From a virus (taxonomy: Duplodnaviria; Caudoviricetes), in IMG/VR virus record IMGVR_UViG_2595698293_000001, positions 192,001-256,000 of that record: DNA of 64,000 bases; one strand, 5' to 3'. Shown here in pieces: positions 50,265 through 60,652 of this stretch; the stretch's first letter is position 1; every line of letters starts with the position of its first letter. The notes beneath the pieces are model-generated. The model was not told where the DNA came from, searched no databases, and saw nothing but the letters and a program-made list of their open reading frames with translations. The position numbers and the translations under genes were made by a program.

Positions 50265-52384
50265 ATGAGTACTAAACCATTTGTAACCACTCGTTCTAAT
50301 CTGACTGAGATCTATGTACATGGTGGATATGAGGAAACGTATGTCACTGGTATTATGGTAGAATTCAATCAGGGTTATCGGTTTATGTTGGTAGATTCAG
50401 AAATCTATCATACACAACAAGATAAACATGGTTATGTCAATAAGTACTCCACCGATGAAGTACTGAAACGCCTGGATAACAAAATTAAACAAATTCAAAA
50501 ACATCTTGACAACGGCGGAAAACTTAATCATTTACTTTGGGATAGCTTAGATCCCTGCTACGGTTCCGATGCATATGGTAAAAGCCGTGACACTGCAATG
50601 AAAGTACTTAAAGATTATTTCTTTTAAGTATTGACAAGTAATTCCAGTACTGGCATAATGTATTTCAAGGAGGTAATAACACCTCCTACCTTCAAGGAGT
50701 AGTGACTATGAATACTAAAGAAATGCTTTGTGAGTTCGCCAGTAACAATCTTGGCAACGCCGCGTTCATTGATGGTTTTAATTATGTAGCAACTCGTGAT
50801 CAAGAAGGTAAAGTATTCGTTAAAGATCGTATGGGCTTTTCTATCCAGGTTCAATCCGGTACTGCAAGCCATATCGACGGCATGAATGTATGGGCTGCTA
50901 CTATCCCCGGTGATGGAACATATCATTTCCGTATCGTAAAATAATTTAAAAAGTACTGGACAATACAATCCAGTACTGTATAATGTTTTGCATAGGGAGA
51001 GATAATCTCTCCCACTAAAGGAGAATACCGAAAATGATTACTGGTCACATTACTAACTATGCAAAACGCCGCGATGTAGAAATAGAAGTACTGAAAGCAG
51101 GCGAAGTTGACGATGACGCTCAGGTATGGTTCTACACCGCAGACAATGATTGTGAACCAGTACTGATGTACCTGATTAATAATGATGGTTCTCTTACTTA
51201 TCGTAGCAAACTGATGAAGTCCCTGGAAGATATGCCAGCACATATCAATAATAAAGAAGTACTGAAACGCGTAATCTGCTACATCTCAGACCAGCACAAA
51301 GCGGATATGATGTAATCTTTACAAATATGGGGGTTGACTAATGTCAGCCCTTTTGGTATTATATATTCAATCCAGCGAAATGGTCTAACCCTCAAGGGTG
51401 CCGAGATGTATCTATAGTTTAATGATTTTGAAGTACTGAAAAATAATTATAAAAAGTACTTGCTAGACGTGAATTCTTTTAAGAATTCACTTGTATTTGT
51501 GATTCAGTACTGCCATAATATATCCATACAAGGGAAACATAGTGTTTCCCGATAATCCACAGCAATAGTGCTGGTGGATGAACCAGGAGTAATAACCATG
51601 CAAGACAAATCAATTCATGTTCAAGTAGTTTCAAGCCGTGGCTATGACGATGTAGTACTGGATATCATGGTTAAAGATCTGCGGGACTATGCAATCATTG
51701 CACGTCATATCATGGTTAACTCCATTTGTATCAGTACTGGTGCTGATATGGAAGAAAACCGCTTACATATAGAAGAACATCTATACAAAGCACGCATGAA
51801 TGACAGCAGTGTATTCATCATTGAAGGTGCCGAGGGTAAAGAGTATACTGTATACCTTCGCCAGTACCAGGAAGTAGAAAAAGAAGAAGATTAATTTATA
51901 AAAAGTACTTGCTTTAATAGTTCAGTACTGTATACTGTTTATCAAGGGGAAGCAATAGTGCCTCCCCACTCATAGGAGATACACCATGTTTACTATCACT
52001 TCTCGACAGGATGTTCTGTACGTTGCTAAAACTTTTGGTCTGGAAGCACTCGATCATATCATTCGCAACAGTACAATGAATGCTGATGCAAATGGGATTA
52101 TCATTGATACTCGGGCATGGGCCGCCAATGAAGTCATTGCCATCGAGCATGTTAACGATGGTAACAATGTCTATGAAGTGGATGCATGTTTCAATGCTGT
52201 TAATGTAGCAGGTATGTATATCACTGGTATTGATGATATCACTATCATCCGCTCCGGTATGGGTAACTTCTCCATGCCTTTACGTTCAGCAATGGAAAGA
52301 AAAGAGATCAGTACAGAACAATGTGCAAATATAATCAATGAGATTACCGCACGTAATGAAGCTGCTGCTATCCTTTACCCGTAG
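50265..52384 (+). other. five monocistronic early hypothetical CDSs (50265, 50702, 51034, 51598, 51986)
   Basis: each has an AGTACT promoter, leader hairpin and AGGAG SD. Confidence 0.8.
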
Positions 52385-52403
52385 TAGTTCAGTACAGTAC
52401 TGT

Positions 52404-52438
52404 AAGCCCATAGGATAAACCCTGTGGGCTTTTTCTTT
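52404..52438 (+). terminator. intrinsic terminator closing the early island
   Basis: AAGCCCATAGG/CCTGTGGGCTT followed by a T-run. Confidence 0.85.
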
Positions 52439-52685
52439 ATGGGTAATATGATTGGGTAGGTTATGGTGTAAGTACTGTCAGAATTGATTACAGGAGGATA
52501 GCGTAAAAATTGATTAATTGATTTCAGTACTGAACTGTTATTGAGAAAAAATATTAGTCAAAAAATAATTGACTTAGAAAATATTTAAACCAATACCTTA
52601 TACTGTATGAAATAGTTTCGGACTGTGATTATATATTTGACTAAGTAAAGTGGTATTAGGCTTAGCACTTTTATATAGTATTACA

Positions 52686-52787
52686 GTACTGAACAATTTA
52701 TATCATTCTGTGCACTATTCTGTACTGGAACAATTTATATCATTCTGTGCACTATTCTGTACTGAACAATTTATACTATTCTGTACT
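52686..52787. repeat. tandem repeat, ~36-bp unit, two full copies and one shortened copy
   Basis: GTACTG(G)AACAATTTATATCATTCTGTGCACTATTCT. Confidence 0.9.
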
Positions 52788-53147
52788 ACACTAATTGAAA
52801 TTAATGGTTATAAAACCCTTGCCTCTTCAATAAAAGTGTGCTATGATGTAATTAATATGTGTGTTTCTATTATGTGAAATTATAGGTACAAAATGAAAAC
52901 CAGACCGTATCACACTGAAATAAAAGAAGCTTTTTATAATGGTAATCCATTAAGAAGTATTGAATTAGTTTTGCTTCGTAATTTAGGTACACCATCGCAA
53001 GAAGAGTGTGTTCAAGAATATATAAATCGTTTGATATAATGTAAAGTACAAAGCAAAAGGCATTTTTATCATTACTTAAATCGTAATACATAAAGAATTA
53101 GATGATATTTAATGCTGTACTAATATCTTGACTCTTTTTTTCTACAA

Positions 53148-53534
53148 TTGTATATAACAGGAATAGTAATGCAACCTAAATTAATAAATTTTAAAAAATT
53201 TGATTCAAGAGTTAGTAAATCATGTCAAGAGTATACAAAAAGATATTCAATTCAACCCAATACTGTTAGGGTAAAAGAAATCTATCTACTTCATGCACTG
53301 GATACTAATGTACAATACGGGTACTCATTGCAGTACATTGATGCATTAATGCAAGAAATAAAAAGAAAGTGTATATGCGTGTACATTACTGGTGTTAATT
53401 ACGAGAAGTTCAGATTTGCAGTAAAAGACTGGAACGATCCTGCTGTGGTACTGAAAGAATGTGAAACGATGGAAGAAGCCATGGCGTTTATCAAGACCAA
53501 CAATTATCTTTGTGTAGAAAATTTATCAATTTGA
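53148..53534 (+). CDS. hypothetical protein, paralog of 56813..57160
   Basis: C-terminal CExxExAxxxxKxNNY. Confidence 0.7.
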   Translation: MYITGIVMQPKLINFKKFDSRVSKSCQEYTKRYSIQPNTVRVKEIYLLHALDTNVQYGYSLQYIDALMQEIKRKCICVYITGVNYEKFRFAVKDWNDPAVVLKECETMEEAMAFIKTNNYLCVENLSI

Positions 53535-53632
53535 CTAACCTTTGTTTGCATTAAAAGTAGACAAAGGTTTTTCTTTTTGCTATGATATCAGTACTACATA
53601 ATTGTATCAACTCATTGGTGAGGAATCAAAAA

Positions 53633-54031
53633 ATGGCAAAGAAAAAGAAAAAGATTGACAGAACATTACGGCATCCTAAGTACAGAGTTCAATATCATGA
53701 TAGTGAACAGATAGAAGTAGATTTGGGCGGTGGAAGTAGGTTAAAATATGCTAACAATGCATATGTGAATAATAAATTTGTATTAACATTGTATAAAAAT
53801 TTCAAGTATCATTCAAGTAATGATCTTCTTGATTATACATTTATTAGTACTGAAGAAGAATTATTTCAGCATTCTTTGTTGTGTGCAGTTGATATTGATT
53901 TTTCGGTACTGGTACAGTTACAGAAAGCTTTAAAGCATCAAATGTATCAATATATTTTTCCAAATAAACTGGAAATGATTAATATGAAGAATAGATATGT
54001 TTTGGATATTACTGGTACTGAAATTGTTTAA
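53633..54031 (+). CDS. acidic-FQ motif family protein
   Basis: STEEELFQHSLL. Confidence 0.7.
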   Translation: MAKKKKKIDRTLRHPKYRVQYHDSEQIEVDLGGGSRLKYANNAYVNNKFVLTLYKNFKYHSSNDLLDYTFISTEEELFQHSLLCAVDIDFSVLVQLQKALKHQMYQYIFPNKLEMINMKNRYVLDITGTEIV

Positions 54032-54055
54032 TAACAATATAACTAATGAGCCAAA

Positions 54056-54583
54056 ATGAAAATTAATATCAAAGATGATAGTGAATTAAGTACATTAGTA
54101 CAAGATATATGTACTGTATACAATAAGATGAAATCTGTAACTAAAGATAAAGGAAGGATAGATGTATTACGCGGTGAATACAGATTTAATCATATATTGA
54201 GTAAAAATTCATCTGTACTGCAAACTTGCATTAGTAATGTTCAATACAATATCATTGAATACGGTTCTTTCTTTTCTGATTACTGCTATGATAATATGAT
54301 AAAGATTGATAGTACTGGTAATATTTTGGATGTTTATTTAGCACCGAGGGGTGCAGTATTAGAAATTATTAAAATTGGTGATATTAATAACACATTGGAA
54401 CACATTGAATTGCCTCCAAGGTCTACTGAGATGACAGAGGAATATGTATTTCAATTAAGTACAGTACATGAATATTTTTCTGCTATTATAATGATCACAG
54501 AGTTAAAGAAAAGAATTAATCGCAAGATGCGTGTTCATGTACCTGATTTCAGTACTGAATTGATCAAGTACATTGAGATATAA
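54056..54583 (+). CDS. acidic-FQxST motif family protein
   Basis: MTEEYVFQLSTVHE. Confidence 0.75.
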   Translation: MKINIKDDSELSTLVQDICTVYNKMKSVTKDKGRIDVLRGEYRFNHILSKNSSVLQTCISNVQYNIIEYGSFFSDYCYDNMIKIDSTGNILDVYLAPRGAVLEIIKIGDINNTLEHIELPPRSTEMTEEYVFQLSTVHEYFSAIIMITELKKRINRKMRVHVPDFSTELIKYIEI

Positions 54584-54662
54584 AATGTCTTGACATTGGC
54601 TTTTCTTTTTGCTATTATAATTATAAACCCTTATTATACTTTACAAAGAGTAAGAAAATAAA

Positions 54663-55307
54663 ATGACTACAAGTGAATTATCTGAACTGTTTGGGATTTT
54701 ATCAGTACTGATGCCTAAGATTGAAAGTAATCCACATCATTTATTGAGTCCAAAAGCACAATCTATTTTTAGTATTGAAAAGCGAGTGGATCTGGAATAC
54801 CATGAATACCATGCTTATTTCAAAGCTATTGAAAATGGTGAGATCATACCAAAAGTATATCATGTTAGTATTAATGAATTGAGTTCTTACACTCGCTGCG
54901 AAGTTACTCGTCGTGGAAATTATTATAATACTACTTATACTTGTGAACGAGTATTAACAGTGAAAGAAAATTCACATGATTTTAATGTAATTAATCTTAC
55001 TGATGATGGTAAAGTGAAAGAAGTTATGTATCATCCTACATCAGAAGAAATTATGATCAACAAAGGTGGTGTTTGGGGAAGTCGACATAAAATTAAAATT
55101 CCTAATTACAAAGACTATGATGATGTTGATGCTTACATGTTTCAGTTAAGTACTGTAAAGGATTTTAGTACTGAAGAAGAAAATATTATGAAGTTCTTTA
55201 TGTTCTTACAGAAGTTTAAAAGTTCACGAAAGCGTTTGCCTAAATTTAGTACAAACATTGAACTGATTTCATTATCTAAACTGCTAGAGTTATATGACCA
55301 AAATTGA
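54663..55307 (+). CDS. acidic-FQxST motif family protein
   Basis: DVDAYMFQLSTVKD. Confidence 0.75.
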   Translation: MTTSELSELFGILSVLMPKIESNPHHLLSPKAQSIFSIEKRVDLEYHEYHAYFKAIENGEIIPKVYHVSINELSSYTRCEVTRRGNYYNTTYTCERVLTVKENSHDFNVINLTDDGKVKEVMYHPTSEEIMINKGGVWGSRHKIKIPNYKDYDDVDAYMFQLSTVKDFSTEEENIMKFFMFLQKFKSSRKRLPKFSTNIELISLSKLLELYDQN

Positions 55308-56151
55308 ATACTATTCAGTACTGAATATTCAAGACTTATGTTATGATATGTATAATAATGCGAGTGTTTACAGAAAAGCAATGCGTTCAGTACTGAATAC
55401 CTTAGTCGAAGAATTCAATTCAAAATATAAAGGAACGCAGGTACTGATAAAAATTGATAATGGTGTTTATAAAACTGTAATTAAATATTATACTATATCA
55501 TATATCAATTGTGCATTCAAAACTGATATTGGATGGAGAAGATATTTTGATGAAACTACTATGATAGTCGGGAATAAAAATGACTAAAGATGAATATTTT
55601 TCAGTACTGAATATACAGGAAGTATGTAATGAATTATACTTCACTCCTTATACAGAAGTATTGCGTTCTGTACTACAATCACTACAGAAGGAATTCAATG
55701 CAAAGTACAGAGGAACTCCAGTACGAACAAAAAACAATGAATTTGTCTATGAGACGGTAATTGATCATTATATTATATCGTTCATTGATTGTGTGTTCAA
55801 AACTGATATTGATATTGGATGGAACAGATATTTTGATGAAACCGTTATGATCATTGGGAAATAAAAAAAATGACTAAAGATGAATATAAATCTGTTTCTA
55901 TTATTCAAAAAATATGTGTTTCTATTTACAGAAATACAGAATACGGTACTGCTATGCGTTCAGTACTGAATATGTTATCAAAAGATTTTACTCATAAGTA
56001 TCATGGCCGAAAGATAAAAATTATTAATATTAATGGAGAATATTACACAAAAATTAAAAAGTACAAGATTACATTAGGTGAATGTGTATTTCGTACTAAA
56101 TCAGGAGTTAACGGTTTATTTTTTGGAAATTATACGATGCTATGTGATTAA
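55294..56151 (+). other. three tandem MTKxEY paralogs (55294, 55580, 55870); further members at 57883, 58228, 62907
   Basis: MTKxEYxSVxxIQ...RSVLxxL..(E/D)F..KY.G...YxI...FxT...(Y/F)F. Confidence 0.85.
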
Positions 56152-56812
56152 AAATGGTTTTTTACTTACCATGTTAGTACATAGATAAAACAACCATGAT
56201 ATTTAATATAAAGGAAACGTTATGAAACAATTTTTTAAAACCATCTGGAATTCACTGTTCAGTAAAAATACCAGTAATGTCGTTGATACTGTTGATAGTA
56301 CTGTTAGTACCAATACACAAAGTACATACATTCCGGTATACAGTGATGAAAATCCATTCTATACAGAAGAAGAGAAGAAACAATGGATTGAAGATGAAGT
56401 ACGTTTACGCAAAGAAGAAGCAGAGCGTATGAAACTTGAAAAAAGTAATAAGAAATGTAACCAATGCAACAAATAAATTCTGACTATTATTACAGTACTG
56501 TACAGTACAATATGTATTTAAGTTCTTTTATGAATTTAAAAACGAGTTCAATAGACAAAGACGTGTATGAAAGTATATTGGGTTGTTTGAATCATAGTAT
56601 TCATAAATTATATAAATTAAAAGGTACGTTGGGATGATTGATAATTACCAACAAATAAAAACACTATCTGAGTATTATAAAATTGATACTAATTATATAG
56701 TACGGATGCCTGTAGAGTTAGATGAATCTTTACATAAGTGGAGATATTTTTCAGTATTAAATAATTTGAATTTTGTCATTAATAGTTTATATGAATTACA
56801 AGGTAAATTACC

Positions 56813-57160
56813 ATGAAATATAAACGATGTGATGATGGATATCTGGCTGCCAGGTATTACAGTAAATTTGTATCTACAACTAATAAAGATGATCTGCTAT
56901 TACTTATGTTAGTAGGTACAATTAAACAAGAAATGGCGGCTGAAAGATATATCAACACGTTAATACATAAAATGGTACTTAAACACAGGCTGGTTAAAAT
57001 TAGAACTATTGGTGGTTATGAACCTTATAAGTTTGGTGTATTTTATCTTGACAATACTAATTTAGTTGCTTCTGATTCTATTATAATTTGTGAGTCCATT
57101 GAAAAAGCGGTTCAGTACTGTAAAAATAATAATTATAGATTGATTGGTACAGAGGTATGA
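56813..57160 (+). CDS. hypothetical protein
   Basis: GTxxQ...YIxxLIHKM shared with 63185 and 63410. Confidence 0.7.
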   Translation: MKYKRCDDGYLAARYYSKFVSTTNKDDLLLLMLVGTIKQEMAAERYINTLIHKMVLKHRLVKIRTIGGYEPYKFGVFYLDNTNLVASDSIIICESIEKAVQYCKNNNYRLIGTEV

Positions 57161-57882
57161 ATTATGATGAGTTTAAAATTTTATGACCATTTACCAAAAA
57201 GTATTAAATTCAGTAATATACAATATTATACATTAGAAGATTGGGAAATGCATTATCGAAAGATACTCGGTTTTTCTTTGGGATTTGAAGAAACTGAGTA
57301 CCAGGAAATACATTATAATTATTATATTGAAATATTAAAATGTATGATACATAAAGATTATGAAATTTTAATTTCCAGATATATAGTGACGAGTAAAAAT
57401 GGATCAAGAAACTAAGAAGAAGTTAACAGAACTTATTGAAGCATCTATTAATGCTGAGGGTGCTTTCTTTGAGCACTACGATAAGTACGATAAAAAAGGA
57501 CGAGTATTGTGGGAGAAGCGTAATAGTACCAGGAAGGAGTTGGATGAATTTATTTCTAAATTGTGAGGAAATTAGTGAATAGTCCAAATGGTCGTGCATC
57601 TATATCACAACTATATTTGTATAATCTTAAATTATCTTATATTATAAAATCAATAAAAACTAAAAATAACTTCATTGGTTTGCCTAATTATGTAAGAGAA
57701 ATGGAGATAGATTCATTTGTTAAGGATATGATAGAAATATATAAAATTCAAGGTAAGTTACCACCGTTTGATGAGTTGTAATACTATCCACTTCATACCC
57801 ACCGTGTGTCTTTTTAAACACTTGACTTCCAGTCAAATCTGTGTTATTGTTATTATTGTAATAATCAAAATGGTACAATATA

Positions 57883-58503
57883 ATGACCAAAAGTGAATAC
57901 TATTCTGTACTGAATATTCAGGAAGCGTGTAAAGGTTTATACTTTACTCCTTATATTGAAGTGATGCGTTCTGTATTTAAATTACTACAGAAGGAATTTT
58001 CTACAAAGTACAAAGGAACACTAATTTCTGTAAAAAACGATAATGAAGTTTTTGATGTTTTAATTAATAGTTATAGTATAACATTTATTCTTTGTTATTT
58101 TGAAACATCGGGTTCTATAGCAGTGACAAGAAAATATTTTGATTCTGATACAAAGATTAGGAAATAAAAATAGTGTAATCTTTTATACATCCAACAATCT
58201 TTAAAAATAACGGGTAATTACTGTATCATGACTGAACAAGAATACAAATGCACAACGCATGTAATCGGAGTATTAGGTGATATTGAATCAAAGTATCGCA
58301 GTACAATGCTTACTATCTTATCAATGCTACAAACTGATTTTAATAAAAAGTACGCACAAAGAAAAGTACAAATAACTGTAGGTTCAGGTGTTAAAACCAA
58401 AACAATCAAGGGGTATTGTATTGGATTTAGATATGTGTATTTTACTATTACCAAAGGATATAAAAGAGAGTATTTTAATGAATTCACTACTTTGTGTTCA
58501 TAA
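57883..58503 (+). other. two MTKxEY paralogs (57883..58167, 58228..58503)
   Basis: shared motifs. Confidence 0.8.
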
Positions 58504-58781
58504 AGAGGGATTATGAAAAGAGATAAACATTATAAACAAATTGAATTCATTTATAAACTCGCACGATATAGTGATGCTTACACTTATATTTCTTATAAAT
58601 CATATCTCAAAGAAGTTGTTGTTTTGTATCTTAAAAAGTACAAATCAAAAAAGGTTGATTCTGGTACTTACATCATAGACGATATTAAATTTTTATACGG
58701 TGAACTTCGTGTATACCAGAGAAGAGTAAGTGATGGTATGCTTTTGTGGGATTCTATCTGGAATACAAAAATAGATTAATT

Positions 58782-59210
58782 ATGAAAACATTAGAAGAAT
58801 TAATTAGAATAAGTAAAAATATCATTTATATTAACAATGTATTCAGTACTGGAAAAGGTCATCTTATTGTTGATGATGTTAGATACTTTTATTCTGAGTC
58901 TGCTCATATATGGTACAGTTCATTTTATGTTCGTGATTTTGAACCCGAGTGGGATTGTATTTCTTATTCGAGGGGTTTAAGTACAGTCACAACTATTTCT
59001 TCTATGAAGGAACATACTCACACACTCGATTGTTCAGAATTTGATTTAAGTGAAGAGATGCTTTTTCAGTACAGTACCATGTATTCCAGTCTTGAGCTGG
59101 AAGCTATATTCGTTAAAGTGTACCTGGATAAATTCACTGATATAGATGAATTTTGTATAAATCTCTCACAATACCCTTCGTATTGCGAAAAACTTGGATT
59201 AATACCATGA
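58782..59210 (+). CDS. acidic-FQxST motif family protein
   Basis: LSEEMLFQYSTMY. Confidence 0.75.
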   Translation: MKTLEELIRISKNIIYINNVFSTGKGHLIVDDVRYFYSESAHIWYSSFYVRDFEPEWDCISYSRGLSTVTTISSMKEHTHTLDCSEFDLSEEMLFQYSTMYSSLELEAIFVKVYLDKFTDIDEFCINLSQYPSYCEKLGLIP

Positions 59211-59623
59211 GTTACAGAAGTTCATTATTTTTTGCACAAAAGGTATACTATACCGTTCAGTGCTTTTATAATTCAGAATTTGATAATACAGTACTAAAAA
59301 AGACAGGAAATGACAGTGTATTTGATTACTACGATTATCAGAATTTATTTTTTGGTTATCCGGTCTTCAATACTACACAGATGGATTGTCATATTTCTCT
59401 TGATTTTTCTTTTATGACATTCAATTCATATAGTACAGACTATATGTCACTCGATTCTGTGGTTAGATTAAATTCTGATAACATAGTGTTAATTCATAAT
59501 AGCGAGGATTATGATTTCTTTAGTAATTCTTATACTGAAAAAGAATTGTTTGTTTGTACTGTATTTTCGTACCTAATTCTTAATAAATGCAAACCATTCT
59601 ATCTGGATTTGAGTATAATTTAA
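59207..59623 (+). CDS. hypothetical protein, paralog of 60245..60640
   Basis: SLFxAxKxYxTxQxFYNS...CxPFYxDL. Confidence 0.75.
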   Translation: MSYRSSLFFAQKVYYTVQCFYNSEFDNTVLKKTGNDSVFDYYDYQNLFFGYPVFNTTQMDCHISLDFSFMTFNSYSTDYMSLDSVVRLNSDNIVLIHNSEDYDFFSNSYTEKELFVCTVFSYLILNKCKPFYLDLSII

Positions 59624-59642
59624 AGAGGGGATTTTCATTATC

Positions 59643-60245
59643 ATGCTAGAGAATTTTTATTCAAATTTAATGAAAGCTTTCCCTACAAAAGAGGAAGTTG
59701 GATTAGGCCATGTATCAGATTTGGATTATGATATTTACGTTGCTATGGTAATTGTTGGTCAAGCAAAAAGTGTTCATGAGGTTCATGAACGATGGACAAA
59801 ACTGGCGAATGAAAGAAATTATACAAATGAATTGAAATCTGAACCTGAAATACAAGGTAGATTGTTTATTGTAAAAAATACAAGAACATTAGAATTAATT
59901 TTGATACCTACTAAAGAAACATTTAATGAGATATCAAAAACCGAAGAATATCTTTTGAATAATCATGGAATTTCTTATAAATCAAAAGACTGGATTATTG
60001 ATACAGTACTGTACGTTTCTCGCAAAGATAGAGGATTAACAAGAGTACATGATTTATATTCTTCTGTTCTAAAAATTGTTACACCAAATGAATTTGGAAT
60101 ATTCAATTCAGAACAATATGATATAATCATGAACTGTATTAATGATAAAATATCAAGATGTTATAATCGTTGTGTATATCCAAATGGATATCATAGTAAT
60201 AAAAATTTTCACTACAAATACAATGAAATATGGAATAAAGTATAA
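59643..60245 (+). CDS. hypothetical protein
   Basis: GAGG SD. Confidence 0.75.
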   Translation: MLENFYSNLMKAFPTKEEVGLGHVSDLDYDIYVAMVIVGQAKSVHEVHERWTKLANERNYTNELKSEPEIQGRLFIVKNTRTLELILIPTKETFNEISKTEEYLLNNHGISYKSKDWIIDTVLYVSRKDRGLTRVHDLYSSVLKIVTPNEFGIFNSEQYDIIMNCINDKISRCYNRCVYPNGYHSNKNFHYKYNEIWNKV

Positions 60246-60640
60246 TGAACAACAACGAATCACTTTTTCTTGCTAAAAAGATATATAACACTGCACAACT
60301 TTTTTATAATTCAAGTTTCAACTGTACTGGATTTAAGAGAAGTTTTGTGGGGCTGGATTATGAATACAAATTTTCCAATTTAATTGTTTTCAGTACTGAA
60401 AATACATATGGCTGTTTCTTTTCTTTTAAAAAAAATATTATAATTTTTGATAATGAATTCGCCGGTATAATTGAATGTGAATACGAAGATGGAACACGTA
60501 ATTATCTTTCCCGTATAATGAATTTACATCAACAGTGCCAACCTGTGAATACAAAGGATAATATGTCAGTACTGACAATTTTTTCGTACTTAGCCCAGAT
60601 GAAGTGTCAACCATTCTATATGGATTTACGCATAATTTAG
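60245..60640 (+). CDS. hypothetical protein
   Basis: paralog of 59207. Confidence 0.75.
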   Translation: MNNNESLFLAKKIYNTAQLFYNSSFNCTGFKRSFVGLDYEYKFSNLIVFSTENTYGCFFSFKKNIIIFDNEFAGIIECEYEDGTRNYLSRIMNLHQQCQPVNTKDNMSVLTIFSYLAQMKCQPFYMDLRII

Positions 60641-60652
60641 GGGGTATATTTT

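Larger units (their letters stand above)
33747..51417. repeat. 13 promoter-driven non-coding CCC-n-GGGTG(C) hairpin units
   Basis: + strand at about 34083, 34913, 41502, 42935, 46869, 49509, 51388; - strand at about 33747, 33925, 34151, 34992, 37721, 44790; each downstream of its own -35/-10. Confidence 0.8.
34268..51940 (+). promoter_or_regulatory. more than 30 sigma70 promoters of form (AGTAC)TTGACA-n-CAGTACTG(N)-TATAAT, about one per gene
   Basis: for example -35 at 35118, 35484, 36796, 39305, 40738, 42242, 42578, 44070, 45672, 45984, 47259, 48167, 48933, 50631. Confidence 0.9.

Noticed and set aside
34268-51940. AGTACT promoter sites as TrpR or LexA operators
   Set aside because: They lack the TrpR inverted half-site spacing and the CTGT-N8-ACAG LexA consensus, and the motif is equally common in coding DNA
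52650-52877. 75-aa ORF
   Set aside because: Translation of the tandem repeat region, no SD
3106-58487. Other minus-strand ORFs in the track (e.g. 17141, 25401, 29133, 45106, 50624)
   Set aside because: Almost all lie opposite well-supported + strand genes, and they lack SD or promoter support
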